Made by a program: the position numbers and the translations under genes. This document shows positions 21,801 through 31,322 of a DNA stretch of 64,000 nt, in pieces. Source of the stretch: Candidatus Omnitrophota bacterium (GTDB lineage: Bacteria; Hinthialibacterota; Hinthialibacteria; Hinthialibacterales; Hinthialibacteraceae); contig JABLXU010000039.1 in NCBI GenBank assembly GCA_013177805.1, positions 6,050-70,049 on the forward strand, in the 5' to 3' direction. Below the pieces are notes generated by a model. The model saw nothing but the letters and a program-made list of their open reading frames with translations, ran no database searches and had not been told where the DNA came from. Each line of letters starts with the position of its first letter. Position 1 is the first letter of the stretch.

Positions 21801-22430
21801 TTACCGCCGGACGATGTCTCCCGTGCTGGCTACACCGTTGCTGGGATCATACGGCAATCCCCGTAAATTTCCGCCTGAATCCACTCCGATATATCCGTCC
21901 GGCCCGATGCTGATCATGGCGAACTCGTTTTCCTTGAGAGGATTCAGGTTATAGAAACGCGCGTTGGCCTCCTTATACAAATCGATGCCAAAATCCTCTC
22001 CGGGAAACACGGGATCATTATCGAAATAAATATAACACAAGCCCTTCTCATCCGCGCCAAAACCAACGCTCTTCTCCCGTGGACTGAATGGGTCCCGAGG
22101 CAATGCAGATAAATAAGAGACAGGAGAAGTCAAGGGATAAAACGGCCCCTCGAAGGTCGTGTAAGGAGGCCGGGGACCGACCCGGTTGAAATTCTTTTCC
22201 CAGCGGGTTTGCGCTTCGGCGCTGTCATCATCCCAAAAATCGAGCAACAACACCCCTTTATCCATCCGAAAGGTTTCGATCGAAGTGGCAACACTGCGCA
22301 TGTCCGCTTGCGTGCGGGCCACTTTGGCCCGGAGCTGGGCATTCAAGAAGTTCGGCACGGCGATCGCCGCCAAAATGCCGATAATGGCAACCACGATCAA
22401 CAACTCGATCAACGTGAATCCGCGATTCAT
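21801..22430 (-). CDS. Prepilin-type N-terminal methylation domain protein (pseudopilin-like)
   Basis: MNRG|FTLIELLIVVAIIGILAAIAVPNF; C-terminal SIGPD...YDPSNGVASTGDI. Confidence 0.9.
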   Translation of the reverse strand: MNRGFTLIELLIVVAIIGILAAIAVPNFLNAQLRAKVARTQADMRSVATSIETFRMDKGVLLLDFWDDDSAEAQTRWEKNFNRVGPRPPYTTFEGPFYPLTSPVSYLSALPRDPFSPREKSVGFGADEKGLCYIYFDNDPVFPGEDFGIDLYKEANARFYNLNPLKENEFAMISIGPDGYIGVDSGGNLRGLPYDPSNGVASTGDIVRR

Positions 22431-22557
22431 GACTCCGCTCCTCTATTCATCCTCAAGATTATCGACAAACACAATAAATCCACGCTTCATCCCAGTATAA
22501 TAATGATTGACCGATTTTTCACCGGCTGCTGCCAGTAAAATATTGTAACGGTATCAA

Positions 22558-23217
22558 ATGAAATATTTTATCCATCTATCGATTCTTTTAAGTGCCGGTA
22601 TTCCCATCATGGAATCATGCGGACGGAATCCGGTGCCGGAGGTCTCTATCGATCCCGCGGCCAAAACCATCCGGTTCGGGGGGACAATCCACCCGAAGCG
22701 CTACAACTCCCGCGCCGACCGGGCCAACGGGCATCATTTCATCGTCTGGTCCAGGGGCGCCAATGCCACCAAGGCTCTTATCATGACAGAGGTCTCTGAC
22801 CTGGAAATACTCAAAGCCTTGGAGACCATCGGCGCCGCCTTGGGGAACAATCTGAGCGAAGCCACCTGGGAGCAGCGGGCTGATCCAGCCGCCTCCGCCC
22901 CCGATCAGCGCGTTGAAGGCTCCAGGCTGGAGATTTGGATTGAATGGGACGGCCGGGAACACCGCCTGCCGGACCTGTTCACCGAGAAAAATCCCGAAGA
23001 CTATGTCATCCGCGCCGGAGGACATGAAAAACTCATCCCCGTCTGGCGGTCGGGGTGTATCACGTGCCTGTTTTCGTGTCCCGGAGGAAAAACCAGCAAT
23101 GCCGCCTTCACCATCCGCGATCAATATTGGAACAAAAAAAACTTCCGGGCCGACGAAACGGTCCTCCCCCCGGATGGCACACCGGTATGGGTGATGATGC
23201 GGTTACGAAACGAATAA
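22558..23217 (+). CDS. YdjY-like exported Cys-motif protein
   Basis: Signal/lipoprotein-like N-terminus; ALETIGAALGNN and SGCITCLFSCP motifs resembling the YdjY family. Confidence 0.6.
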   Translation: MKYFIHLSILLSAGIPIMESCGRNPVPEVSIDPAAKTIRFGGTIHPKRYNSRADRANGHHFIVWSRGANATKALIMTEVSDLEILKALETIGAALGNNLSEATWEQRADPAASAPDQRVEGSRLEIWIEWDGREHRLPDLFTEKNPEDYVIRAGGHEKLIPVWRSGCITCLFSCPGGKTSNAAFTIRDQYWNKKNFRADETVLPPDGTPVWVMMRLRNE

Positions 23218-23274
23218 ACGTGACAATCCTCCCTCACCGGCAGCCATCATTCCGCGTAATAAAGAACTGGTGTT

Positions 23275-24702
23275 TTACGCAGGCAAGGCCGGAGAGGATT
23301 CTTCCCCCCCCGCCTCCGGTGGACCGAATTGCCGCGGATCGATGCCCAGCTCGGTGAGTTTCACATAGAGGTTTTTACGGTGAACCTGCGCCAATTGGGC
23401 CGCGCGCGAAACATTGCCGCCCGTTTTGCGGAGCAGATTGGTGAAAAACACTCTCTCGAAATCGTCCAAAATGTAACGCTTGGCTTCCTTGTACGATAAA
23501 TTCAGCAGTTCCTTTTGATGGAATCCCATCTGGGCGCCGGGGGTCAAAGGAGGATGAATGGAGGGCATCAAGGCGGCCAGATCCGTGGTGTTGAGGACGA
23601 TAGCCCGTTCCACCACATTTTGCAACTCGCGAACATTGCCCGGCCAGTGATAGCGCATCATGGCTTCGATGTCTTCGGAGGAAAACTTGAGTTCCGTGTT
23701 CCCCCGGCTTTTCTTCCGCAGAAAATGATTGATCAGCAGTGGAATATCTTCCTTGCGTTCCCGTAGAGGGGGCACCCCGATCGGCAACACATTGAGCCGG
23801 AAATACAGATCGGAACGCATGGCTTCCTTGCGTACCCGCTCCTCCAGGTCTTTGTTGGTTGAAACGATGATGCGGACATCGATTTTCTTGCTGCGCGTTC
23901 CGCCGACTGGTTCGATGACCTTTTCCTCGATCAACCGCAGCAGTTTCCCCTGCAGGCTGGGCGTCAAATCCCCGATCTCGTCCAGAAACAAGGTGCCGCC
24001 ATTCGCCAGTTCAATTTTACCGGTCGTGGGCGATGCCTGGTTCAGGCGCAATCCCCGCACCCGGCCGAACAGTTCAAGATCCAGCAAATCCGGGGGGGTA
24101 GCCGAACAATTTACCGAAACAAAGGACCGTTCCGCCCGCGGACTTTGAAAGTGGATGGCCCGGGCCACGAGTTCCTTGCCCGTCCCGCTCTCGCCCCGGA
24201 TCAGGACGGTGCCGTCACCCTGCGCCACACGCCGGATCAGTTCGAAGACCTTGAGCATGGCCGGGGATTTGCCGACCAATTCCCCTTGGCCGGTGTGTTG
24301 GCGGAGTTCCTCGCGCAGGTAGCGGTTTTCCAGTTCCAAGTGCTGGAGTTGCAACGCTTTGCGGGCCGCCATTTTAATTTCGTCGAGATCACAGGGTTTC
24401 AACAGATAATCATGCGCACCGTTTTTGAGGGCTTCAACGGCGTTTTCGATAGTACCATAGGCAGTGAGAATAATGACAGGAATATAATGGCTGGTTTGCT
24501 TGACGGCCTTGAGAACTTCCATCCCCCACCCGCCCGGCATGCGCAAGTCGGTGATTACCAGGCTGAGAGATGTATTCTGGATAATTTCGACGGCTTCGGT
24601 CGCATCCTTGGCTTCGAGGATTTCGTGGCCGTCTTCCATCAAAGCCAAGGTCAGGATTTTTCGCAGTTTGGCTTCATCGTCCGCCACCAGTATCGTAGCC
24701 AT
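23275..24702 (-). CDS. NtrC-family response regulator (REC-AAA+-Fis HTH) lacking GAFTGA
   Basis: REC (DDE, TDLRMP, KP), GESGTGKE, LFLDEIG, RSDLYFRLNV, WPGNVREL, GNVSRAA. Confidence 0.9.
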   Translation of the reverse strand: MATILVADDEAKLRKILTLALMEDGHEILEAKDATEAVEIIQNTSLSLVITDLRMPGGWGMEVLKAVKQTSHYIPVIILTAYGTIENAVEALKNGAHDYLLKPCDLDEIKMAARKALQLQHLELENRYLREELRQHTGQGELVGKSPAMLKVFELIRRVAQGDGTVLIRGESGTGKELVARAIHFQSPRAERSFVSVNCSATPPDLLDLELFGRVRGLRLNQASPTTGKIELANGGTLFLDEIGDLTPSLQGKLLRLIEEKVIEPVGGTRSKKIDVRIIVSTNKDLEERVRKEAMRSDLYFRLNVLPIGVPPLRERKEDIPLLINHFLRKKSRGNTELKFSSEDIEAMMRYHWPGNVRELQNVVERAIVLNTTDLAALMPSIHPPLTPGAQMGFHQKELLNLSYKEAKRYILDDFERVFFTNLLRKTGGNVSRAAQLAQVHRKNLYVKLTELGIDPRQFGPPEAGGEESSPALPA

Positions 24703-24717
24703 GAGGTCCTTGTCAGC

Positions 24718-25287
24718 TTATTTCAAACCGATTTTTCCATCGACTTTCGACACGTCCACAGTGCACAATCCGTTTTGAATATAGAAATCTTTGTTTGGGC
24801 CGGTGGTGTGGGAGCAGGTCGGAAGCACAATGTTTCCATCCGCTCCCAAAGTTAGAGAATACGTATAATCCCCGCCCGCGGGACAATCCGGCTCCGCGCC
24901 GACCTTGAAAAACAAGGCCTTTTGCGAACCGAGCTGGGCTTTCTCGTACGCTAACCGCTGGGCCATTTCCAATGTTTCGTTCAGATCGAACAGTTCGCAA
25001 ATGCGTTCACCCGGTTGGGTGTGGTTTTTTTCTGCCAAATATTTCAAACAGTTGGCAAAAAGCGTCAGCCGTTTGGAACATTCCCGGCCGCGCATGATTT
25101 CCAGATATTTGAAATAACTGGGAAGGGCGACAAAAGCGATCAAACAAAACGAAAGGGCGATCGCGATGATTTCCCACGGAGTCAAATGAAAAAATCCCCG
25201 GCCCAAGGCGGCTTCCTCTTCCTCGGCCATGGCCGGATTCGTTATCATTTCCACCATTGGTGGCGTGGTGGCTTGGGACTCGTTCAT
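24718..25287 (-). CDS. Pilin-like membrane protein with atypical prepilin motif
   Basis: GFFHLTPWEIIAIAL..VALPSY hydrophobic helix, then C, and CPAGGDYTY..CSH. Confidence 0.5.
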   Translation of the reverse strand: MNESQATTPPMVEMITNPAMAEEEEAALGRGFFHLTPWEIIAIALSFCLIAFVALPSYFKYLEIMRGRECSKRLTLFANCLKYLAEKNHTQPGERICELFDLNETLEMAQRLAYEKAQLGSQKALFFKVGAEPDCPAGGDYTYSLTLGADGNIVLPTCSHTTGPNKDFYIQNGLCTVDVSKVDGKIGLK

Positions 25288-27827
25288 GGCTGTGCTCTGC
25301 GACCTCGTGATTGAAGTTCAAGCCGGGTCAGATCCGCGAAAAGCGTATCGGGCAATTTCAGGATGAGATTTTCCCGCTGGGCGTTGACTGTGTCCGGAGT
25401 CTGGACTGGATCATCCAAATGCAACAATCCCCAACGCGTCAGTCCATGGATAACCGGCTGGTCCACATCCAACAGCAACCGCTCCCACTCCTCCCGCGCT
25501 CCGGTCCGGTCTCCTGATTCCATTTTCAGTTTCCCGATATAATACCGGGCCCATTCTTCCAAGTCATCGCCATAATGGTTCACCGCCAACTGCCGGAGGG
25601 GCGGGATGGCCTCTTCGAACCGGCCCTGCATTTGATACAGCACCGCATCGCAAAACAGGTTGAGCGAATCCCCAACCAGCGGATCGAGAAGCAGCAGAAG
25701 CGCCAGCGCGTCATTGGCGCGCCGCCAGCATTGGGGATCCTCCACGATGCGATGCAACTGGTTACGCGCCGTTTCCACCTCCCGCTGGGCCACACTGATC
25801 TGGGCAAGAAGAAAACGGGCTTCTTCCCCATAGGGCGGCTCGGTGAGCTTTTGGAGTTGCTGCGCCGCCGGCTCGAAGGAAGCCATTTCTGCCATGGCTT
25901 TCGCCCGCGCGAAAGCCAACCGGGCCCCCGCGCTGGAATCCAGAGGGCGGGTCAAGTTCCCGGTGGCTGATTCCACCACCCGGATGGCTTTCAACGCTTC
26001 ACCGGGATCAAACGCATTCAGACAGATTTCAGCATAATCTAGCAACGTATCGGCCACGGATGGCGTCAGGGGCACCGCCGGAGTCTCGGAGAACAAAGCC
26101 TCCAAGGTGGGTTTCAACAGCCGGGCGGCTCGCCGCTGGGCATCCATCGAGGCATCTTCCTTCAAAATGGAAGCAAGGGCTTGATCGGCCATGGACCGGT
26201 ACAGGCTCTCCCGCGGTATGGCTTCCAACATCTCCAAGGCCCATTTCCGGTTTCCTTGCTGCAAGGCTTCGTTGGCGATATAGAAATTCCAAACCCCGTT
26301 GGGATCCGCCGCGGCCAGTTGCCCTAACAATTCCTTGGATTCATTTTGCACGCCATAGCGGATGAGAGAAGTTTTGATCCATTCCGGCGTATCCGTATAG
26401 GACTGGCCGGAGGCGGAATCCACCAACGCCGCGACCAAGGCGTCCCGCGTGGCGGCAGTTTCGGTAAAATTCTGAATTGTGGATGTGATCATAGCGGGAG
26501 GAATCCCCCCCGAGGCGGCAGCAACCCGGAACGCGGCCAGGGCAGCCGGATAATCCCCGAATTGCATCGCGATCTGGCCTTGCTTCAAGGCAAACGCGGG
26601 AGGGATTTGATCCCCCATCCTTTTCAACAGGTCCCGGGCGCTTTCAGTCTCCCCCAGCGCGTAAATCTCCTCGGCCGCGCTGAGCACCGCGAACGGCTTG
26701 CCTTGTTGAACCTCACTCCAATCGGTCCAGAGTTTAAGGGCTTCGGGAGTTTGACCGGCGCTGACATACAAATCGCTCAACCGTTTGCGCCGCTGAGTGT
26801 CCAACGACAGAAGATTCAGGAGGGAACGCAGGATTACGATCCCTGGCGCGGTCCCCCGTTGCGCGATCACCAATTCGATCCACTCGTTCAAAAGGGGAGA
26901 TGAAATCTCGGTCAAAATCAATTCATAATCTTCGGACCGCAATTCATCGATTTTTTTCCCCGGCAACACGAATTTTTCGATTTCGTCCAAGGCTTCTTTG
27001 TCCCGCCGCGCTTCCTTGAGGATGGCCACCTCCAGCAAAAGATATGTATCGGCGCTCTGACTCCCCATCCGTTCCGCCCGGACACTTTCCACCCAAGCGT
27101 CCAGTTTTCCCAGCACCGAATACAATTCCACCATCCGGGGAACGTATTCACGGGCGAAATCCGGATTGGCGCGCCAGAGGTCCTCGTACAGCGCGTGACT
27201 GTCCTCCAGCCGTCCTTGGAGACGCAACAGTTCCGCCAAATCCCACCCCAACACGTCTGCGTAGCGGGGAATCACCTCTTGGCGCAGGGCGTTCAGCTCC
27301 GCGGGTGTGAGTTGCAGAAAACCGGAGTTTTGCAGAATCCGCCTCAGGACCGTGATCTGGACCGCGGGATCGGATTCCTTGTACACGTTCCAATAAATCC
27401 GGTTGGCCGCTGAATACTTTCCCGTGCGTTCCAGACAATTGGCGTAACGCATGACATACATTTGGTATGTCTGTTCGACTGCGGGATCGCTCCGGTCGGT
27501 CAGGAGATCCATCAGTTGCTCATAGTACTGCGCCGCTTCCTGGAACCGGGCCTGCGACTCCTCCACCATCCCCAGGCTGCGGAGCACGTTGATTTGTTTG
27601 TCGTATTGTTCCCAACCCGGGGATTCCAAAATCCGCCGGTAATAATACGCCGCCGTAACCGGATCGCCGGATGAATAAGCCACGCCGGCGGCCGTGTACC
27701 ACTCATCCAGGTTGTCCTCGGCCAAGACCGGCCACGCGGAGAAGCAAACGGCCAGGCAACCAAGGCCCAGAATCAAAAACAAACGAAAAAAATTCCCATG
27801 AATCATGTGGTATGGTGCCCGTGACAT
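25284..27827 (-). CDS. Exported tetratricopeptide-repeat protein
   Basis: Signal peptide and many TPR-like helical repeats (e.g. EARFLLAQI, ARYYIGKL). Confidence 0.7.
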   Translation of the reverse strand: MSRAPYHMIHGNFFRLFLILGLGCLAVCFSAWPVLAEDNLDEWYTAAGVAYSSGDPVTAAYYYRRILESPGWEQYDKQINVLRSLGMVEESQARFQEAAQYYEQLMDLLTDRSDPAVEQTYQMYVMRYANCLERTGKYSAANRIYWNVYKESDPAVQITVLRRILQNSGFLQLTPAELNALRQEVIPRYADVLGWDLAELLRLQGRLEDSHALYEDLWRANPDFAREYVPRMVELYSVLGKLDAWVESVRAERMGSQSADTYLLLEVAILKEARRDKEALDEIEKFVLPGKKIDELRSEDYELILTEISSPLLNEWIELVIAQRGTAPGIVILRSLLNLLSLDTQRRKRLSDLYVSAGQTPEALKLWTDWSEVQQGKPFAVLSAAEEIYALGETESARDLLKRMGDQIPPAFALKQGQIAMQFGDYPAALAAFRVAAASGGIPPAMITSTIQNFTETAATRDALVAALVDSASGQSYTDTPEWIKTSLIRYGVQNESKELLGQLAAADPNGVWNFYIANEALQQGNRKWALEMLEAIPRESLYRSMADQALASILKEDASMDAQRRAARLLKPTLEALFSETPAVPLTPSVADTLLDYAEICLNAFDPGEALKAIRVVESATGNLTRPLDSSAGARLAFARAKAMAEMASFEPAAQQLQKLTEPPYGEEARFLLAQISVAQREVETARNQLHRIVEDPQCWRRANDALALLLLLDPLVGDSLNLFCDAVLYQMQGRFEEAIPPLRQLAVNHYGDDLEEWARYYIGKLKMESGDRTGAREEWERLLLDVDQPVIHGLTRWGLLHLDDPVQTPDTVNAQRENLILKLPDTLFADLTRLELQSRGRRAQP

Positions 27828-28138
27828 ATTCCCATTGATAATTGTAAAGAAACTGTTAAACAGGGTTCTCTATCCTCCTCTCCCGGATGGAGAGAAATCC
27901 CACTTTCCCGGTCCCGGCGACGGCATCGCTTCCTCGGTCTAAATCGAAGGTCTGAATCTCGAATCGGAGCCGCTTCGGTATTTCTTTCACCGGTTTCATG
28001 CTTGCTATCAACGAATAGCGCCGGGAAAAGTAATGGTACGCTCAATGGTAAGTTCATTTGGAAGGAAAACCAAGCCGCTGAGGGAAAGTGATGTATACTT
28101 GGAACCGCGGGAAAGACCATCCTCGCGGGAGGCCTCCG

Positions 28139-28993
28139 TCAATGATGCAACATCACGGCCCGGCTGACATGACGTAAAATGGTTTCCGTGGTGCTGCCCA
28201 GCATCAATTCGCGGATCCGGCTGTGGCCGTATGCCCCCATGGCCACCAAGTCGATATTTTCCGCTTGGGCACATTCGATGATCTGCTCGGCGGGATCCCC
28301 TTTCCGGTGCAGAAAGATTTCCTTCATGTCATAGGCTTGCAGGTATTTCACCGCCTTTTCCGCGATCTGCTGGGCGGCTTCCTCGCTGTCATGCACCACC
28401 AGCAGCCGGAGCGTGACACACCCTTTCGGACAGGCCGCGGCCAAGCGCACCGCCGACCGCAACGCCCGGATCGCGTACTCGCTTCCATCAAAGCACACCA
28501 GGATATGCTGCAAGGTGCGGTAGTTGTGCGGCGTCACGATGATGGGAATGCTGGAACGCCGCACCACGTTTTCCAAGTTGGACCCCAGGAGGCCTTTGGT
28601 GTATTCCGCCCCCGCGCCCCGCTGCCCGGCGAACAACACATCCGCCGATTGGGCTTCCTCCAAAATCACTTCCGGCACCAAGCCGTCACGGATTTCACAC
28701 ACGCAAGGGATATCCATCTTCCGGCATTCGTCTTCCACCCGCCGGAGCACCTCAAGCGCCCGTTGTTTCTGCCTCTCAAACAGATCGGTGTTTTCGATCA
28801 CCGTTTCGTCAAATACCGGGGGAAAATCAGCCGTGGGGTAATAGTAGGGATACACAATCGCGATTTCTTTCCGGTCCAGGACACTCAAACCGGTGATTTT
28901 CGCGCCCAATAGTTTGGCGTATTCCAGCGCGTAGCGGGTGCACACTTCACTATAGCGTGATGAATCCACCGCCAACAAAATCGATTTAAACAT
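28139..28993 (-). CDS. Universal stress protein (tandem USP domains)
   Basis: MFKSILLAVDSS..GSNLENVVR; ILVCFDGS..MGAYGHSRIRELMLGSTT. Start set at ATG 28993. Confidence 0.9.
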   Translation of the reverse strand: MFKSILLAVDSSRYSEVCTRYALEYAKLLGAKITGLSVLDRKEIAIVYPYYYPTADFPPVFDETVIENTDLFERQKQRALEVLRRVEDECRKMDIPCVCEIRDGLVPEVILEEAQSADVLFAGQRGAGAEYTKGLLGSNLENVVRRSSIPIIVTPHNYRTLQHILVCFDGSEYAIRALRSAVRLAAACPKGCVTLRLLVVHDSEEAAQQIAEKAVKYLQAYDMKEIFLHRKGDPAEQIIECAQAENIDLVAMGAYGHSRIRELMLGSTTETILRHVSRAVMLHH

Positions 28994-29529
28994 CCGGCCT
29001 CTCCCTGTCTTTCTCCACTCGTTCACACCATAAGCAACCAATTCATAAATTATCTACCGGCCAATATTCCTGTTTCCTATCCTTTCCAGGCTTTTCTCGT
29101 CCGAATCCATCCCCTCGAGAACCAGATGTTCTCTCCTTGCGGCCACAGGCGCGTTAATCATTCCGGCAGGACAACCGTTGAATAATTAAAATGGTGTATC
29201 CTTTGCTCCCTTCTCCTCTATATCGTAACACGTTTTCAATGGCGAAGACAACATGAATCGGTTCGGCGGCTCCTCCCGCCGGCTCAAGACCCTATCAGGG
29301 GAAGAAAAATTGGGGGATCATACCTCCATCCCACAAAAGTGAATTGGGCCGATTCTCTCCAGTCATTTGAATATCTGGTCAGTATAGACACTTTTCACTG
29401 GGATATTTAATTAAAATAAAATTACAAAAAGATATAAATCGTTACACATCTCTTGAACCGATTGGATTTTGAAGTAGATTGATTCTCAATCGACTATTTA
29501 ATCTTGCTTATTTTAGAAGGTTGCTTATT

Positions 29530-30636
29530 GTGCTTACGCTCCATCCCCGGGAAGAACGGCGCCGTATTCAGGAACCATGCCTTTTGTGTTCATCGGAGTC
29601 GCTTCCTGTCACCACCGGTGTCATCGTGAACGAAAGCGCCACGGGGATGCTGGTGGAAACAACGCGGCTTCTGGAAACCGGCCGTCAAATTTGGATTCTT
29701 CCCGCCTATCATAAGCAACCGCGGCCGGAATCGTGGACACCGTATGAGCTTATCCACCATCCCCTCACCCGGACCGGCGTGGTCGTGCGGTTGGAAGGCG
29801 GCAATCGGGCCGGGATTCAATTCCTGGAAGACCAAGAACGCCCCCTCTATCGCCGTTGGTTCCGAGGCCAAACCACCGTGACCGGCTTTTTCTTCAAAAA
29901 CCAGGGAGTTTTGGCGTTTACCGGCCCGCTGACGATCGAGGCGGCATCCCTAGTCGAAAAAATCATCTCTCAAGCCAACGGGATTACCGAACTGCTTTTG
30001 GCCTGCCACCAGATCGACCAAATCCAACGGACTGCGTTCACGGTGTTACTCTCCAGCCTCCAAACCTATGAAAAGAAAGGGATCGCTCTTACCGTGGTCA
30101 CCGGTCCGGTTTCCACAGCATATTTTCAACGAAGCCCGGTCTTGCCCGGCAGTTTCATCTTTCCGGTGTTCGCGACCGAACCCGCTGGTCCGGCGGTTGA
30201 TCCTCTAAAAAATGGAATAGCCCACAAGGCAGCCGCCGGTTCCCAAGGCATCCTGCTAATCGCCCGCGGCCAGACCACTCTCAACCGCTTGGAAAAACCT
30301 TTACGGAACCAAGAAATGCCGGTCTGGAAGTTGCAAGGATTTGGAAACGCCCTGAAGCTCATCGCCGCCGGGCAGGCGCGGTTCCTGGTCGTGGACATCG
30401 ATGTGGAATCCTGCGGGACGATTGTTCAACTGAATGAGCTGAAAAACACGCCGCTCGATCCCCTTCCCCCGGTTTTGGCCATTGGCCCGGGATACCTGGC
30501 CGCCCTGGTGAAAGAAGCACTCTATCTCCCGGTCCGGGTATATTTGTCCAAACCCACGACCGAGCACGAATACGCCAACGCAATCCAAACCATGTTGTCG
30601 GAAACCGCCAACGGGCCAAAACCTATCAAACCTTAA
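29530..30636 (+). CDS. PilZ-like + STAS-like + receiver-like multidomain signalling protein
   Basis: REERR and NESATG (PilZ RxxxR and D/NxSxxG); STAS-like LAFTGPLT..ELLL..GIALTVV; REC-like LVVDID..PVLAI..YLSKP. GTG start at 29530 after AGAAGG (ORF track starts at 29479). Confidence 0.6.
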   Translation: MLTLHPREERRRIQEPCLLCSSESLPVTTGVIVNESATGMLVETTRLLETGRQIWILPAYHKQPRPESWTPYELIHHPLTRTGVVVRLEGGNRAGIQFLEDQERPLYRRWFRGQTTVTGFFFKNQGVLAFTGPLTIEAASLVEKIISQANGITELLLACHQIDQIQRTAFTVLLSSLQTYEKKGIALTVVTGPVSTAYFQRSPVLPGSFIFPVFATEPAGPAVDPLKNGIAHKAAAGSQGILLIARGQTTLNRLEKPLRNQEMPVWKLQGFGNALKLIAAGQARFLVVDIDVESCGTIVQLNELKNTPLDPLPPVLAIGPGYLAALVKEALYLPVRVYLSKPTTEHEYANAIQTMLSETANGPKPIKP

Positions 30637-30653
30637 GTGGAAGTGGATGCCTC

Positions 30654-31079
30654 ATGTTTCATGTAGAAGAAACCCAAGTCGGAGAATTCAACCGCGTAAC
30701 GCTCACCGGGAATATCGATAAAACCGATATCGAATCTTTCGAAGAACATTTCAAAACCATCCTGGCCCGCAATCCCTCTGAAATCATCCTGGACCTGAGT
30801 CATTATTCCTGGTTGCCCCTCCATTTCACGTATTTTTTATTTAAGTTGCTGAAATTATACGAACCTTCCCAGGGGAAACTGGAAATCCTCAACATGCCCT
30901 CCCACTTCCGGTTTATCCTCGAAACCGCCCAGCTGGATACGTATTTCTCCTTTCGTTCCTCTCTGGATTTCTTACAAACCCAGTCCAGTCCTTCCACCGC
31001 GGATACCAGCCACCCCATTCCGAACGAATCCCATTCCGCTCCACATCCCGTACCCCCGCCAACCAAACCAGAACCCTGA
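30654..31079 (+). CDS. STAS-domain protein (anti-sigma antagonist-like)
   Basis: VTLTGNID..IILDLS..ILETAQLDTYF; the canonical DSSG phospho-Ser motif is absent. Confidence 0.7.
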   Translation: MFHVEETQVGEFNRVTLTGNIDKTDIESFEEHFKTILARNPSEIILDLSHYSWLPLHFTYFLFKLLKLYEPSQGKLEILNMPSHFRFILETAQLDTYFSFRSSLDFLQTQSSPSTADTSHPIPNESHSAPHPVPPPTKPEP

Positions 31080-31322
31080 GGCTGATTCACGTACCCCTCG
31101 GGCTGTTGGGATCGGAATCGGACCAGAGAAGACCAACCAATATTCACGGGCAACTCGAAATCCTCCCTGACTCCATCCAAGCTCCCGGCTCTGTCATAGG
31201 AATGACCGGCGGTGAAATGCGCTCCGCCTTGTCATCCTGGGTTGGATTTTTTAGACTGCGATGGTTGAATTCATAGATAATCATTCCGATCTCAAACCGC
31301 GGGGCCGTGCGAACAATCAACG

